From: Planctomycetota bacterium
Lineage (GTDB): Bacteria; Planctomycetota; PLA2; JAEUHO01
DNA length: 64,000 nt
Direction: 5' to 3'
Assembly (NCBI GenBank): GCA_028281445.1
Contig: JANQJW010000007.1
Span: forward strand, 92,694 to 156,693
Shown here: piece after piece, positions 17,602 to 28,171 of the stretch
Numbering within the stretch: position 1 is the stretch's first letter
Layout: each line of letters starts with the position of its first letter
Program-made: the position numbers and the translations under genes
Notes under the pieces: generated by a model
Database searches by the model: none
What the model was told of the DNA's origin: nothing
What the model saw: the letters and a program-made list of their open reading frames with translations, nothing else

Positions 17602-19500
17602 CTAGCGAATGATGTAGGTCGGGTGCTGCGCCAGCATCCAGAGGATGCCGCGCACGCGGTCTTCGATTTCGTTCACGTCGTCGACCGGATCCAGCTGCTC
17701 GAAGGGCGACGGCGTGACGTTGCCCTGGTTGTCTCGCTGGGTGTCCAGGTAGTTCATCGCCTCGGCGATCTCGGCAGCCGAGAGCTGGATGTTGAGACGC
17801 TCGACGAGCGCTGCAACGGCCGTGTCCGACGTACCGGGAATCGCGGGCAACAGGTCGCGGGCGAAGATGTTCAGGTTGCCCTGGATGTTCTGCGCCTGCT
17901 CGGTCAGGTAGTTCAGCGTGTTCGCGCGGTCGACCATGCCTTGGCCCGAGAGCCACTGCGTGCCGCCCGGCCAGCCGTCGACGCCCGGAGGCTGCGTCGG
18001 CCTGTGGCCCATCGTGTTGAGCGCGTTGTCGATCACGGCGGGATCGCCCGTGAGGTTCGTCGCGCGCACGAAGCCGAGGATGTGCTCGGTCGGGCCCTTG
18101 ACGATGCCCTTGCGGGCCAGCGCCGAGAAGAAGGCCTCCGACTGGAAGATCTTCATGAGGACCGGCTTGAGCTCCCAGTTGCCGTCGCGCAGGTCGTCGG
18201 CGAGCTCGTTGACCACGTTCTGCGGCGGATCGTCATAGACGAAGTAGCGCAGGAGCGAGCGAGCGATCCACTGGCCGACCCGGCTGTGGCCGGTGCCCGC
18301 CTCGGTGTGGGCGAACGTGATGTCGGCGACCTGGTCGAACTCGTGCACCTCGCCGGCGCCGTTCTGCTGGGCGGGGATCGTCTGGCCGAGAATCGTCTTC
18401 TCTTCGTCGTCGTGACGGTTGACGTCGAACTCGATGAAGTCCTTGCCCGTGTTGGGGTCGTTGCGGTTGCGGAAGCCCGTGAACGCGCGCGACGCCTCGA
18501 TGATGTCCTGCTGGGTGTAGTCGATGTCGACGCCGAAGGCGAAGAGCTCGAACCACTCGCGACCGAAGTTCTCGTTGATGTTGCCGTCGCGGTTCAGGAT
18601 GTTGTCGAGGAAGACGAGCATGGCCGGCTGCAGCGCCATGTCGAGCATGAGCTGCTTGAGGTTGCCCGCGCCGTCGTGGCGGAACAGGTTGACGTAGTCC
18701 TTGAAGTAGTGGAGCGAGTCGTCACCCGTGTTGTCACGGAGAACCTGCGTATTCGCGGCGAAGTGCTCGAGCCAGTGGAAGGCCAGCATCTCCTGGAACG
18801 GGTTGAGGTTGACCATGATCATGTACAACCACCAGCGGGCGAGATCGTTCTGGCTCGGGAAGTCGCCGTTGGGGTCGTTCTGCGCGTCGATCAGGTAGAT
18901 CGTCGCCGCGTCGTTCTCGAGCTGCGTCGTGTCGGCGAAGGTCGTCATCGCATCGACGTACTGCGCGAGGCCCAACTGGCCGAGCGCGTCGTAGTGCGCC
19001 TGACTGAAGCCGAAGTGCGTGCGATCGAGGAAGTGACGCAGGTCGGCGCCCGTCGGGTTCGCCTTGGCGAGCAGCGACTTCGACTCATGCCACAGGACCT
19101 CGATGTTGACCGTCGCCTCCGCCTGGCCGCCGTTGTTTGCCGCCGTGACCGTGAAGTCGGTCGACGGCATCGGCGCCGTGCACATGCCGGAGATCTGGCC
19201 CGTGCTCTGGTTGAGCGTCAAGCCGGCCGGCAGGTTCGGGGTGATCGAATACGTGTCGACCGCACCGCCGCTGGACGAGGGGACGTTGGGAGTGATCTGG
19301 GTGTCGGTCCGGTAGACCGCGGGCGAGCTGCTGTAGCTCAGATTCGTGGGAGCGGTGTCTCCACCGCCGCCGCCTCCGTCGCCGGTTCCCCCTGTGCCGC
19401 AAGCGGACAGAGCGAGAAGCGCCGGAATGGCGAAAGCGACCCAGGCGACGTTCGTCCAATGAGACGAACGGGGTCGCAGTCGACGCGTGATGGCAAGCAT
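17602..19500 (-). CDS. DUF1800 domain lipoprotein with N-terminal Ig (He_PIG) domain
   Basis: Lipobox LLALSAC; HFLDRTHFG, AMLVFLDN, NENFGREWFELF, ASRAFTG, PPGVDGW; AGGAGG RBS before ATG 19500. Confidence 0.88.
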   Translation of the reverse strand: MLAITRRLRPRSSHWTNVAWVAFAIPALLALSACGTGGTGDGGGGGGDTAPTNLSYSSSPAVYRTDTQITPNVPSSSGGAVDTYSITPNLPAGLTLNQSTGQISGMCTAPMPSTDFTVTAANNGGQAEATVNIEVLWHESKSLLAKANPTGADLRHFLDRTHFGFSQAHYDALGQLGLAQYVDAMTTFADTTQLENDAATIYLIDAQNDPNGDFPSQNDLARWWLYMIMVNLNPFQEMLAFHWLEHFAANTQVLRDNTGDDSLHYFKDYVNLFRHDGAGNLKQLMLDMALQPAMLVFLDNILNRDGNINENFGREWFELFAFGVDIDYTQQDIIEASRAFTGFRNRNDPNTGKDFIEFDVNRHDDEEKTILGQTIPAQQNGAGEVHEFDQVADITFAHTEAGTGHSRVGQWIARSLLRYFVYDDPPQNVVNELADDLRDGNWELKPVLMKIFQSEAFFSALARKGIVKGPTEHILGFVRATNLTGDPAVIDNALNTMGHRPTQPPGVDGWPGGTQWLSGQGMVDRANTLNYLTEQAQNIQGNLNIFARDLLPAIPGTSDTAVAALVERLNIQLSAAEIAEAMNYLDTQRDNQGNVTPSPFEQLDPVDDVNEIEDRVRGILWMLAQHPTYIIR

Positions 19501-19937
19501 CCATGCCTCCTGGTTGGGACGGGAGGCTGTGCGGCCCCCCTGGTCATGCTCGGACTGGCTGTGTCTCTGCGAGGGCGGAGCCGGGCGTGGCGCGCGTGGT
19601 CCAGCCTCCGTCCAAGTCCGGCAAACCTCGGGCCCCTGGCGTAGCCCTCCGTTGGTGTGCCATTCTCGTCTAGCTGTACCCGCCTTCAACCGGACAGGTT
19701 TCCCTACGTTTTCCCGGTTTTCGTAAGGCGTGCTTTACAGGCGCCCATTTCTTCAAGTTGGCGCTTCGCGTGACGCAGCGTGTGCCGAAGTCTCCTGTCC
19801 TTCGCCACGTCCCTTGGATCGCAGGTCCTTGTCGGCACAGTACCGCAGCCTGCTGTGGGCAAAACCCTGCGGTATGGACTTCGTTAAGCCCGCGAGGCAG
19901 GAAACCGGCGGCCCGTCGGGGCTAAGCTCTGCCGACC

Positions 19938-21362
19938 ATGAGCCCGGAAGCCGCCCAGACCCCGAACTCGACGGATCGGCGCGCCGCCTTGGAAGCGCGT
20001 CGGGCGCGCGTGCTTGCGACGTGGCAGGGCCCCGATGGGGGCCTCGACGACGGCTTCGTCGTGATTCCGTCCGGGCTCGTCCTGCCCGTCGAAGGGTCGG
20101 ATCAGCACTACGGCTTCCGCGCGCACGACGATCACTACTACCTGGGGGGCTGCCGCAGCCCGGCCCAGGTGCTCGCATGCGATCCCACCGACGGTGGCTG
20201 GACGTTGTTCGCGTTCGTGCCATCGCAGGACGATCGGGTGTGGCACGGCGATCTGCCGCCTATCGAGGACCAAGCGGCTGCCGTCGGCATCGACAGCGTG
20301 AGGCCCGCCGGCGAGCTCGGCGCGTGGCTGGATGCACGCGGCGGGCGTCCCGCGGCGCTGCTCGGCAGCTTCGATCTGCTCGAGCGGCCCGCCGGCTACG
20401 GGCTGCACCCGGAACGCGTCGCCGCATTGAACCTCGATTGCGACCTCTCCGATCGCCTTGCGGCGCAGGTGATCGGCGCGCGCCGCATCAAGGACGAGAT
20501 CGAGCTGGCACTCATGCGCGCGGCGGCCGCGGCCTCGGCGGCCGGCCATCGCGCCGGGATGCAGGCAACCCGGCCGGGACTCACCGAGCGCGAGCTCGCC
20601 GTCGAGATCGAAACGGGCTTCCGCCGCGCGGGGGCGGAGCGGCCGGCGTATCACTCCATTGCGGTCGCGGGAGAAAGCTGCGCGACGCTGCATGCCACCC
20701 CCGGCGCGTACGCGATGCAGGCAGGCGACCTCGTGCTCGTCGACGCCGGCGCCGAGGTGGACGGTTATGACAGCGACGTCACGCGCATATGGCCCGTGTC
20801 GCCGGCGTTCTCGGCGGAGCAGCGCGCGATCTACGAGATCGTGCTCGATGCGCAGAAGCGGGCGGTCGATGGCGCGCAAGCCGGCGTCGAGTTCCGCGAA
20901 CTGCACATGCAGACCTGCGTACGGCTCGCACAAGGCTTGGTCGACTTCGGTCTCTTGCGCGGCAACGCCGAGGACCTCGTCGCGCAGGACGCCCACGCCG
21001 TGTTCTTCCCGCACGGACTGGGACACCTGATCGGCCTGGCGACGCACGATGTGGGCGGCTGGCCCGAGGGACGGGAGCGCAGCGAGCGACCGGGCTTGAA
21101 GTACCTGCGCATCGACCTGCCGCTGGAAGAGGGCTACGTCGTCACGATCGAACCCGGCGTCTACTTCGTCCGCGCGCTCATCGAAGACGACGCGCTTCGT
21201 GCGCAGCACGCGGACACGGTCAACTGGGAGATGGCTGACGCGATGAAGAGCTTCGGCGGCGTGCGGATCGAGGACGACGTCGTCATCCACAACGGGATGC
21301 CGGAGGTCTTGACGGCCGACATCCCGAAGGAGATCGATGCCGTCGAGGCGCTGCGCGCCTGA
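19938..21362 (+). CDS. Xaa-Pro aminopeptidase/dipeptidase (M24B)
   Basis: LVDAGAE...SDVTR, PHGLGHLIGL.THD, TIEPGVYF, GGVRIEDDV. Confidence 0.93.
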   Translation: MSPEAAQTPNSTDRRAALEARRARVLATWQGPDGGLDDGFVVIPSGLVLPVEGSDQHYGFRAHDDHYYLGGCRSPAQVLACDPTDGGWTLFAFVPSQDDRVWHGDLPPIEDQAAAVGIDSVRPAGELGAWLDARGGRPAALLGSFDLLERPAGYGLHPERVAALNLDCDLSDRLAAQVIGARRIKDEIELALMRAAAAASAAGHRAGMQATRPGLTERELAVEIETGFRRAGAERPAYHSIAVAGESCATLHATPGAYAMQAGDLVLVDAGAEVDGYDSDVTRIWPVSPAFSAEQRAIYEIVLDAQKRAVDGAQAGVEFRELHMQTCVRLAQGLVDFGLLRGNAEDLVAQDAHAVFFPHGLGHLIGLATHDVGGWPEGRERSERPGLKYLRIDLPLEEGYVVTIEPGVYFVRALIEDDALRAQHADTVNWEMADAMKSFGGVRIEDDVVIHNGMPEVLTADIPKEIDAVEALRA

Positions 21363-21399
21363 GACAACCGTGGGGCGGCAGCGGCGGCAAGCGTCGGGC

Positions 21400-22362
21400 T
21401 CAGGGAGAAACGACTGTTGCGCCGGTCGTGTCGACGACCGTCTCTTCGGAGCTGCCGGAGACGAAGATGTCGATGCCGTCAGGAATCGGTTGCGCATCGG
21501 GGCCGAACTGCTCCTGGAACATCTCGGGCGGCACGTGATCCCAGGCGTTGTTGCGGGCCGCGACCTGCGTCCCGGCGATGACCCAGAGGTCGATCTCGTT
21601 GCCCGCGATCTCGTTCACACCAACGCCGCCTGCTGCACCGCCGCCGAGGTCCAGGCTGTCGGGCGCGACGGCGACCCAGGCACTGATGCCGTGCTTGTTG
21701 TCACGCACGACGTTGTGCTCCAACAGGTGAGCCGGTCCGCTCGCGTTCCCGATCTGGATTCCGGTCCGGTGCCCGCGGACGACGCAGTCACGGATCACGC
21801 AACCGGTATCGCTGGTGACCAATACGCCAATCGTGCTTTCTCCGAACGACGTATCGGGCCCGGGGCCTTCGATCGTGCACGAGGTGAGGCTCATGCGGTC
21901 GTCCGCTTCGACGATCACGCCAAGTCCGCGCGCCCCGCCCTTCGAGAGGAAGAACCCTGAAACCGTCACGTCTGTGCCAAGGCGCAGCGTGGCGTTGTTG
22001 CCCTCGGGTACGAACGGGATCTGGCCGGAGCCTACGATCTCCGTTGTCGGCGGACCGAGTCCCCGCGTCGCCGCATCACCGAGCAGCGCCACGTTGTTCG
22101 GCACGTACAGCGGGAAGCTCTCTCCGACGCTTGCGTCGTAGCGGCCGGGCGCGACGAGGACCGTACCGCCCTCCTCTGTGAGCAGCCTGCTCAACGCTCG
22201 GGAGATCGTTCGGAGCGGCGCGTCCGCGGTTCCCGGGTTCTCGTCGGACCCGGTCGCGGCGTTCACATGCAGCATCGTCAAGAGGCTCTCGCGCGTGGCG
22301 GTCCCCGTGCCGCACGCGGCGGCGAGGAAGAGGGCAAGCACGGACATGGCACAGCGCGGCAT
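21400..22362 (-). CDS. DUF1565 / pectin-lyase-like beta-helix lipoprotein
   Basis: Lipobox LAAAC; HVNAATGSDENPGTADAPLRTI...VAPGRY...FPL; DLGGG.AGG.G.N C-terminal motif. Confidence 0.8.
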   Translation of the reverse strand: MPRCAMSVLALFLAAACGTGTATRESLLTMLHVNAATGSDENPGTADAPLRTISRALSRLLTEEGGTVLVAPGRYDASVGESFPLYVPNNVALLGDAATRGLGPPTTEIVGSGQIPFVPEGNNATLRLGTDVTVSGFFLSKGGARGLGVIVEADDRMSLTSCTIEGPGPDTSFGESTIGVLVTSDTGCVIRDCVVRGHRTGIQIGNASGPAHLLEHNVVRDNKHGISAWVAVAPDSLDLGGGAAGGVGVNEIAGNEIDLWVIAGTQVAARNNAWDHVPPEMFQEQFGPDAQPIPDGIDIFVSGSSEETVVDTTGATVVSP

Positions 22363-22419
22363 AGCGAGTCTCCGGGAACACCTCTTCAGGCGCTACCCGG
22401 TCGGCCGGCGTGCCATCTC

Positions 22420-25400
22420 CTATGTGCTCCGTTCCTCCCAGGCCGCTTGGATCGCTGCATGGACCGGAACGCTCGCGAGCATGCCCGGCCGATGCTCGGG
22501 CGCCGCGTGCGCAAGGGCGAACGAGAGCAGTCGATGAGCCTCCTCGAGGTGAGCGGCCTCTCCCGTCAGCTCCCAGAGGCGCAGGCGCACCTCCAGCTTC
22601 GTGCTCAGGTCGGCACGGTCCTCGTAGGCGTCGAGTGCGTCCACCAGCTCGGCGGTGCGTTCCGGCGCGAGGGATGCGCGCAGTGCCAGGGCAACCAGGA
22701 TCGACCGCGGCCTTTCGTGCTCGTTGGCGACGGCCAGCGCTTCGTCGAGGAGCATCTGCGCCTCGTCGCGGTTACGACGTGCGAGGGCGACGCGTGCCAA
22801 CCCTGACAACGAGTCCGCCACGAAGGCGTCGCGCAGCCCCCGGCGCAGCTCGAGTGCTTGCTCATGCTGCTGCCCGGCGCGATCGAGCGCACCCTCGTCG
22901 GTGGCCATCAGGCCCAGCCGGTACAGTGCATTGCTCTGCTGTTTGGGATCGCCGATCTCGCGCGCGATCGCCAACTGCTCTTCGATCGCAGCACGCGCCT
23001 CGTCGTAGCGCCCCTGCATCTGGAGCACGTCGCCCAGGTTGCCCATGGCGCGCGCCTGTGCTGCGCGGTCGCCGATCTCGCGGTCGAAGCTGCGCTGGCG
23101 CTCGACGCTGGCGTGCGCGTCTTCGACGTGCCCCTGCTCCAGCAGCACCTGCACGAGGTTGCCGTGCGCCGCGGCTTCGCCCGTGCGGTCTCCGGTCTCT
23201 GCGGCCAGCCGCGCCCACGCTTCGAGCTGCTCCTGCGCTTCTTCCAGCCGACCCATGCCCCATAGCACCATTCCGAGGTTGCCCGTCGCGACCACCTCGC
23301 CCGGGCGGTATCCGATGGCGCGCGACAACTCCAGGCCGCGCTCCACGTGCGGATGGGCTTCCTGCCGGTGCCCGCGTGCGAGCAAGGCAAAGCTCACAGC
23401 ACCGAGCGCCTGGATTTCCAGCGTCGGATCGTCGTAAGCCTCCACCTGTTCGAGGATGTGTCGGATGTGCGCGTCTCCCTCTGTGTGCCGGCCGAGCCTC
23501 GTCAGCGCAGCGATCACGAACCGCTCGGAACGAATCTGCCCCGGCACGTCTCCAAGGGTGCGCGCGGCGGCGAGGTGGTGCTTGGCCAGGCTCTGCGCTT
23601 CTTCGTAACGCCCCTGGAAGAACGCGACCGCGCCGAGGTTGCCCGTGGCCTCGGCTTCCGCACTGCCATCTTCCGTGTCCCGGGCGAGTGCGAGGCAGCG
23701 CTCGAAGCGCTCCTGGGCGACAGCGTAGTTGCCCGTGGCCAGCGCAAGGGCCGCGCGCTCTCGCTCGATGCGCAGCTGCGCCGATGCATCGTCCGTAGTC
23801 ACGCACGCGGCCGCTTCCGCGAGAACCGGCTGCTGCTCGGCGCGCGCGCCCTGCGTCTCCAACAGGCGGTTCTTCTCGAGAAGCGCGTCGAGGCGTGCAG
23901 CGCCGTCGAGCAGTCCCGGTGCGGCAAGCGCCGTGTCGAGTAGGTCGACGGCCTGTGCGCTGCGCGCGTGCGCACGGAGGTGGGCCAAGGCCGCGGGGAG
24001 ATGGGCGAGTGCCCGGTCGCCGAGGCCACCTGCGAGCGAGTGCAGGCAAAGCGCTACGGCCCGGCCGCCATCGATTGTCGCCTCCGGCTTCATGGCCTGC
24101 AGCGCTTCCGCGATTGCAGCGTGGTAGCGAACCCTCAATGGCTCCAGCAGTCGGTCGTACAGCGACTCCTGGACCTGGTGATGGTCGAAGACGAGCTCCT
24201 GCCCGGCAGACCGCACAAGGCGGTGCCGGTTCTCGATCCGTCCGAGGATCCGGAGAGCAGGGATGGGGTCCAGGTCGAGTGCCGCCGACACGAGCTCGGG
24301 ATCGAACCGGAACCCGATGCAGGAGGCGACATCCAGCAGCTCGCGCTCCTCGTCGGACAAGTCGCCGAGGCGCGCCTGGATCAGGTCCGTCACGGTTGAC
24401 GGCACCTGGATCTCCTCGATCACGCTGGTGCGGAACCAGGTCCCGTCGGGCTTGCGACGGATGAGTTGGCCTTCCCGCAAACCCCGGATGATCTCGAACG
24501 CGAAGAAGGGATTGCCGTCGCTCTTGTGCGCGATGCGGAAGCCGAGCTCCTCCGCGAGGCGTTCGGACTGAAACGCGTCCACCAGCAGGCGCGTGAGGTC
24601 CTTCGGACCCAGGCGGCCGAGGGGTATGTGCGACGTGTGATCCAGTCGCGTGAGACCTGCGATCCACGAGGCAGGGACGCCCGGCCGCAGCGTGCCGATC
24701 AGCAGGACCGGATGGCTCGGCACGGCAGCGGCGAGTTGGGCGAACAACGAGCGCGAGTCCTCCGACGCGAAATGCAGATCATCGATCAGCACGACCAGCG
24801 GTCTTTCCGCTGCCAGCGTGCGCGTGGCGTGAATGAAGCACGTGCCGAGGGAGTCGTGCGTCAGCGCTACGGCCCGGTCGGGCGCCGGCTGACCGCGCAA
24901 GAGGGCGTCGAAGGCCGGCGCGAGCAGCGGCGCCTGCTCCAGGTAGGCGGACGCATCCTCTCCGCCGAAGTGCGCGGCGTAGGCCTCGACGAATGCCTCC
25001 GCCGAGGTAGACCCGCCGCCGGGTGCGTGCGCGCCGAACAGGAAGTCGACATCGCTGCCGTCGACACGGAGTCCCGCGACGAACTCGTCGACGAGGCGCG
25101 TCTTGCCGATGCCCGCTTCGCCCTCGATCAACACCACCCGGCCCGCGCCCTTCGACGTGGCTTCGAATAGCTCGCGCAGCCGGCCCAGTTCCGCGGCGCG
25201 CCCGCAGAGTCTCGTTTCGCGCGGGATGCGCATCCTTCGCAACGGGCGGCGCGTCTCCGCGCGCACGCGCCGGGCGTGCGCCCGCCACCACGTGCCCTCC
25301 TCGCCGTCTGCCAGCGCATCTGCCAGTGCATCGGCGGATCCGAAGCGCGCATCCGGCTCCTGCTCGAGCAGCGTGTGCACGAGTGCCTCGTAAAAGGGCG

Positions 25401-26424
25401 AGAGCTGGGGATTGACGTCGCCGACCGGGCGCGGCGTACCGTCCAGGATCTTGCGCATGACACGCCGCGCGTCATCCGCGCGGTGGGGGTGCATGCCCGT
25501 GGCGAGCTCGTAGAGCACGACGCCGAGCGCGTACAGGTCCGTGCGACGGTCCGTGGCGTCGCGTTTCGTCTCGAACTGCTCCGGCGCGGCGTACTCGATC
25601 GAGCCGGCGAAGCGTCCGTCTTGTGACAAGCGCCGCACCTCGTCTTGAAGCTGCGCCACGCCCAGGTCCATGACCTTCACGACGTGGTCCTGTGTGATCA
25701 GGAGGTTCTCCGGCTTCACGTCGCGATGGACGGCACCTGCGGAATGGATGGCCGCTAGGCCGAGCGCGACCTCACGCCCGATCCGGCGGCACAGCTCCTC
25801 GGGTACACGGCGTACGTCGTCCAGCAACTCGCGCAGCGTCTGTCCCTCGACGTGCTCCATGACGAGGAAGTGGTGCTGCTTGCCGTCCCGCGCCACCGCG
25901 TCGCAGTCCAGCGTCCGCACGACGTTGGGATGTTCGATCTCGCGGCCGACCTGTGCCTCCTGCAGGAAGCGCTTGAAGAACCCCTCCGTCTCCATCAGAT
26001 GCGAATGGACCACCTTCAGCGCGACGCGGGTCCCTGCTTCGATTCCTGCCGTCGGGCGCGTGCACTCCGCCCGGTAGACCGTTCCCATGCCGCCTGAGCC
26101 CAGCTCGGCATCGAGTCGAAACGCCGTGAGCTCGTCCCCGGGCGAGAGCCCGGTGTCGGCGTCCTCGACGAGGGCGCCCCGGATCGCGTTCCACAGGGTC
26201 CGTCGTCCGACGGCCGCGTCCGACGCGCCGTCGCCTGTCGTCTCCGACGCCGTGGCCAGGAACGAGCCGGCTTCGTCGTGGGCCGCGAGCAGCTGCTGCA
26301 CGCGCGCGCGCAACGCCGGGTTCGCTTCGCAGCGTTCGGCGAGGAATCCATCGCGCGCTTCCGTATCGAGTTCGAGCGCCTCGACGAACAGGGCCTTGGC
26401 CTGGCGTTCCGCTCCCTCCGTCAT
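22420..26424 (-). CDS. Ser/Thr protein kinase + P-loop ATPase (AAA_16/STAND-like) + TPR
   Basis: LGSGGMGTVY, VALK, HRDVKPEN, DLG, YAAPE; Walker A GEAGIGKT, Walker B LIDDLH; C-terminal GNLG TPR repeats. Confidence 0.93.
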   Translation of the reverse strand: MTEGAERQAKALFVEALELDTEARDGFLAERCEANPALRARVQQLLAAHDEAGSFLATASETTGDGASDAAVGRRTLWNAIRGALVEDADTGLSPGDELTAFRLDAELGSGGMGTVYRAECTRPTAGIEAGTRVALKVVHSHLMETEGFFKRFLQEAQVGREIEHPNVVRTLDCDAVARDGKQHHFLVMEHVEGQTLRELLDDVRRVPEELCRRIGREVALGLAAIHSAGAVHRDVKPENLLITQDHVVKVMDLGVAQLQDEVRRLSQDGRFAGSIEYAAPEQFETKRDATDRRTDLYALGVVLYELATGMHPHRADDARRVMRKILDGTPRPVGDVNPQLSPFYEALVHTLLEQEPDARFGSADALADALADGEEGTWWRAHARRVRAETRRPLRRMRIPRETRLCGRAAELGRLRELFEATSKGAGRVVLIEGEAGIGKTRLVDEFVAGLRVDGSDVDFLFGAHAPGGGSTSAEAFVEAYAAHFGGEDASAYLEQAPLLAPAFDALLRGQPAPDRAVALTHDSLGTCFIHATRTLAAERPLVVLIDDLHFASEDSRSLFAQLAAAVPSHPVLLIGTLRPGVPASWIAGLTRLDHTSHIPLGRLGPKDLTRLLVDAFQSERLAEELGFRIAHKSDGNPFFAFEIIRGLREGQLIRRKPDGTWFRTSVIEEIQVPSTVTDLIQARLGDLSDEERELLDVASCIGFRFDPELVSAALDLDPIPALRILGRIENRHRLVRSAGQELVFDHHQVQESLYDRLLEPLRVRYHAAIAEALQAMKPEATIDGGRAVALCLHSLAGGLGDRALAHLPAALAHLRAHARSAQAVDLLDTALAAPGLLDGAARLDALLEKNRLLETQGARAEQQPVLAEAAACVTTDDASAQLRIERERAALALATGNYAVAQERFERCLALARDTEDGSAEAEATGNLGAVAFFQGRYEEAQSLAKHHLAAARTLGDVPGQIRSERFVIAALTRLGRHTEGDAHIRHILEQVEAYDDPTLEIQALGAVSFALLARGHRQEAHPHVERGLELSRAIGYRPGEVVATGNLGMVLWGMGRLEEAQEQLEAWARLAAETGDRTGEAAAHGNLVQVLLEQGHVEDAHASVERQRSFDREIGDRAAQARAMGNLGDVLQMQGRYDEARAAIEEQLAIAREIGDPKQQSNALYRLGLMATDEGALDRAGQQHEQALELRRGLRDAFVADSLSGLARVALARRNRDEAQMLLDEALAVANEHERPRSILVALALRASLAPERTAELVDALDAYEDRADLSTKLEVRLRLWELTGEAAHLEEAHRLLSFALAHAAPEHRPGMLASVPVHAAIQAAWEERST

Positions 26425-26428
26425 GGAA

Positions 26429-26965
26429 TCAGGCGTCCTCTGCTCCGAGTCGGTCGTAGAGCCAGGCCCGCGCCCACGCCCATTCCCGCATCACGGTCCG
26501 GAGCGAGCAGCCGAGCAGCTCCGCGACCTGGGCCGTCTCGAGCCCCGCGAAGAAGCGCAGCCGGACGATCTCCGCGGCGCGTGCGTCCACTTCTTCCAGG
26601 CGCTCGATGGCGTCGTCGACTGCCAGAAGCATCTCCGGATCTTCCTCCGCGGCCAGATCGAGTCGCGTGATGCCGATGCGCTTGCGGTCGCCTCCGCGCT
26701 TCTTGCGTCCGCGCGCCCGGGCGTGGTCGATCAGGATCTCGCGCATCACGCGCGCCGCGGCGAAGAAGAAGTGCGCGCGGTCCACGCGTTCGGGGCCCAT
26801 GCCGGCCTTGTCCAGTCGCAACCACGCTTCGTGTACGAGGGCCGTTGCCTGGAGCGTGTGCGCTGTACGTTCCCGACCCATCTGCTTGCGCGCGATCTGG
26901 CGCAGCTCGGCGTAGATGTGGCCGAAGAGGTCGTCGGAGGCGGGAACAGGAGTCGAGCCAGGCAT
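26429..26965 (-). CDS. ECF-type RNA polymerase sigma factor (TIGR02999-like, kinase-associated)
   Basis: IYAELRQIAR..M..ER..HTLQATALVHEAWLRL; ILIDHARAR...KRGG; VRLRFFAGL; REWAWARAWL. Confidence 0.9.
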   Translation of the reverse strand: MPGSTPVPASDDLFGHIYAELRQIARKQMGRERTAHTLQATALVHEAWLRLDKAGMGPERVDRAHFFFAAARVMREILIDHARARGRKKRGGDRKRIGITRLDLAAEEDPEMLLAVDDAIERLEEVDARAAEIVRLRFFAGLETAQVAELLGCSLRTVMREWAWARAWLYDRLGAEDA

Positions 26966-27026
26966 CGACCCGATTCTAGGCACCGGCGATTCGCGTGGCA
27001 CGTGCTCCCGCCCGTTGACGCCTGGG

Positions 27027-28160
27027 ATGGCGATGGCACGCAGAGCGCTTCCTGTCCTGATCGTGGTCCTGCTCGGCCTGTCCGCGTTCCATGCAGCCGG
27101 TTGCGGCAACAGCGGGCCGGCGACGACGGACGCCGAAGGGGTCGACCTGCGCCCTCTGTTTGCCGGTACGTACTGTGCCTTCTCGTTCCAGGGCACTGCG
27201 GTCTCCGGGCAGACCTCGGTCGTGACGGGATGGTCCACGATGACCGCGGATGCGGCGGGCGGCGTCACAAGCACCGGGGCGTTCAACGACGACGGTACGG
27301 TGATCGGTCCCGTGCCGCCTGCGCCTGCGACCTACACGGTCGACGCCGCACGCACGCTGGACCTGGTCGTGCAAGGGGTCGCCACCCAGCGCGGCCGGAT
27401 CTCGGCCGACGGGGCTTTGGCTTGTCTTGGCGCGATCCGCAGCGGGCTCTCCCCGAGCATCTCGATCCTGGGGCGCAAGCAGGGCGGACAAGGCAACAGC
27501 AGCCTGCAGGGGCTGTATCACCTCTGTGCGCTCTTCTTCGATCCGGTGTTGGGCGATACCGGCACCTACTTTGGTACGGCCTCGTTCTTGGGCGCCGGTA
27601 CCGGAACCGCGACGACGCGCAGCAACATCGGCGGCACGATCTCCAACCCTGCTACGACGGCGCTCACGTACACCGTCGCGGGGGACGGGACCGTGACCGG
27701 GACGCTTCTAGGGACGTTCACCTTGCAAGGGGCCGTGTTCGAGGGCGGTGCCTTGGTCGTCTTGTCGGGGGGCACGGTCTTCGGCGAGCCGCCGATCCTC
27801 GTTGTGCTGACGAAGGCCACGGCTGCCGCCTCCAATGCGCTCTTCGTGGGCGACTACACCGTCGTGACCCTCGACGAAGACGACCCACCCAACCCCTCGT
27901 GGGACGGCTTTGTCGCGACCGTCGCAGCGGACGGGTTCGCCGGTATCGACTTCCAGCACTTCATCCTGAACATGGAGGGGGTCATCGCGAGCAGTCCGGG
28001 TGGTTCGCCTGCGTTCATCACCGTCGCGCCGGACGGCTCGCTCTTCACGGGCGCCTCCTCGGACCTGGTGGGCGGCATCACGGCCAATGGGAAGGCTGCC
28101 GTCCTGTGCGGCGGGACCGGCGGCGGCGACGATCGCCAGCTCTGGTTCTTCCTGCGCTGA
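27027..28160 (+). CDS. Hypothetical lipoprotein with about three internal beta-rich repeats
   Basis: Signal and lipobox AAGC; repeated '(L/F).G.Y....' and 'TYTV..DG' units. Confidence 0.75.
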   Translation: MAMARRALPVLIVVLLGLSAFHAAGCGNSGPATTDAEGVDLRPLFAGTYCAFSFQGTAVSGQTSVVTGWSTMTADAAGGVTSTGAFNDDGTVIGPVPPAPATYTVDAARTLDLVVQGVATQRGRISADGALACLGAIRSGLSPSISILGRKQGGQGNSSLQGLYHLCALFFDPVLGDTGTYFGTASFLGAGTGTATTRSNIGGTISNPATTALTYTVAGDGTVTGTLLGTFTLQGAVFEGGALVVLSGGTVFGEPPILVVLTKATAAASNALFVGDYTVVTLDEDDPPNPSWDGFVATVAADGFAGIDFQHFILNMEGVIASSPGGSPAFITVAPDGSLFTGASSDLVGGITANGKAAVLCGGTGGGDDRQLWFFLR

Positions 28161-28171
28161 GGGAGGTACGC

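Noticed and set aside
19501..19937. Sigma-54 promoter or riboswitch in the long divergent intergenic region
   Set aside because: TGGC-like sites lack a correctly spaced TTGC, and I recognised no aptamer consensus.
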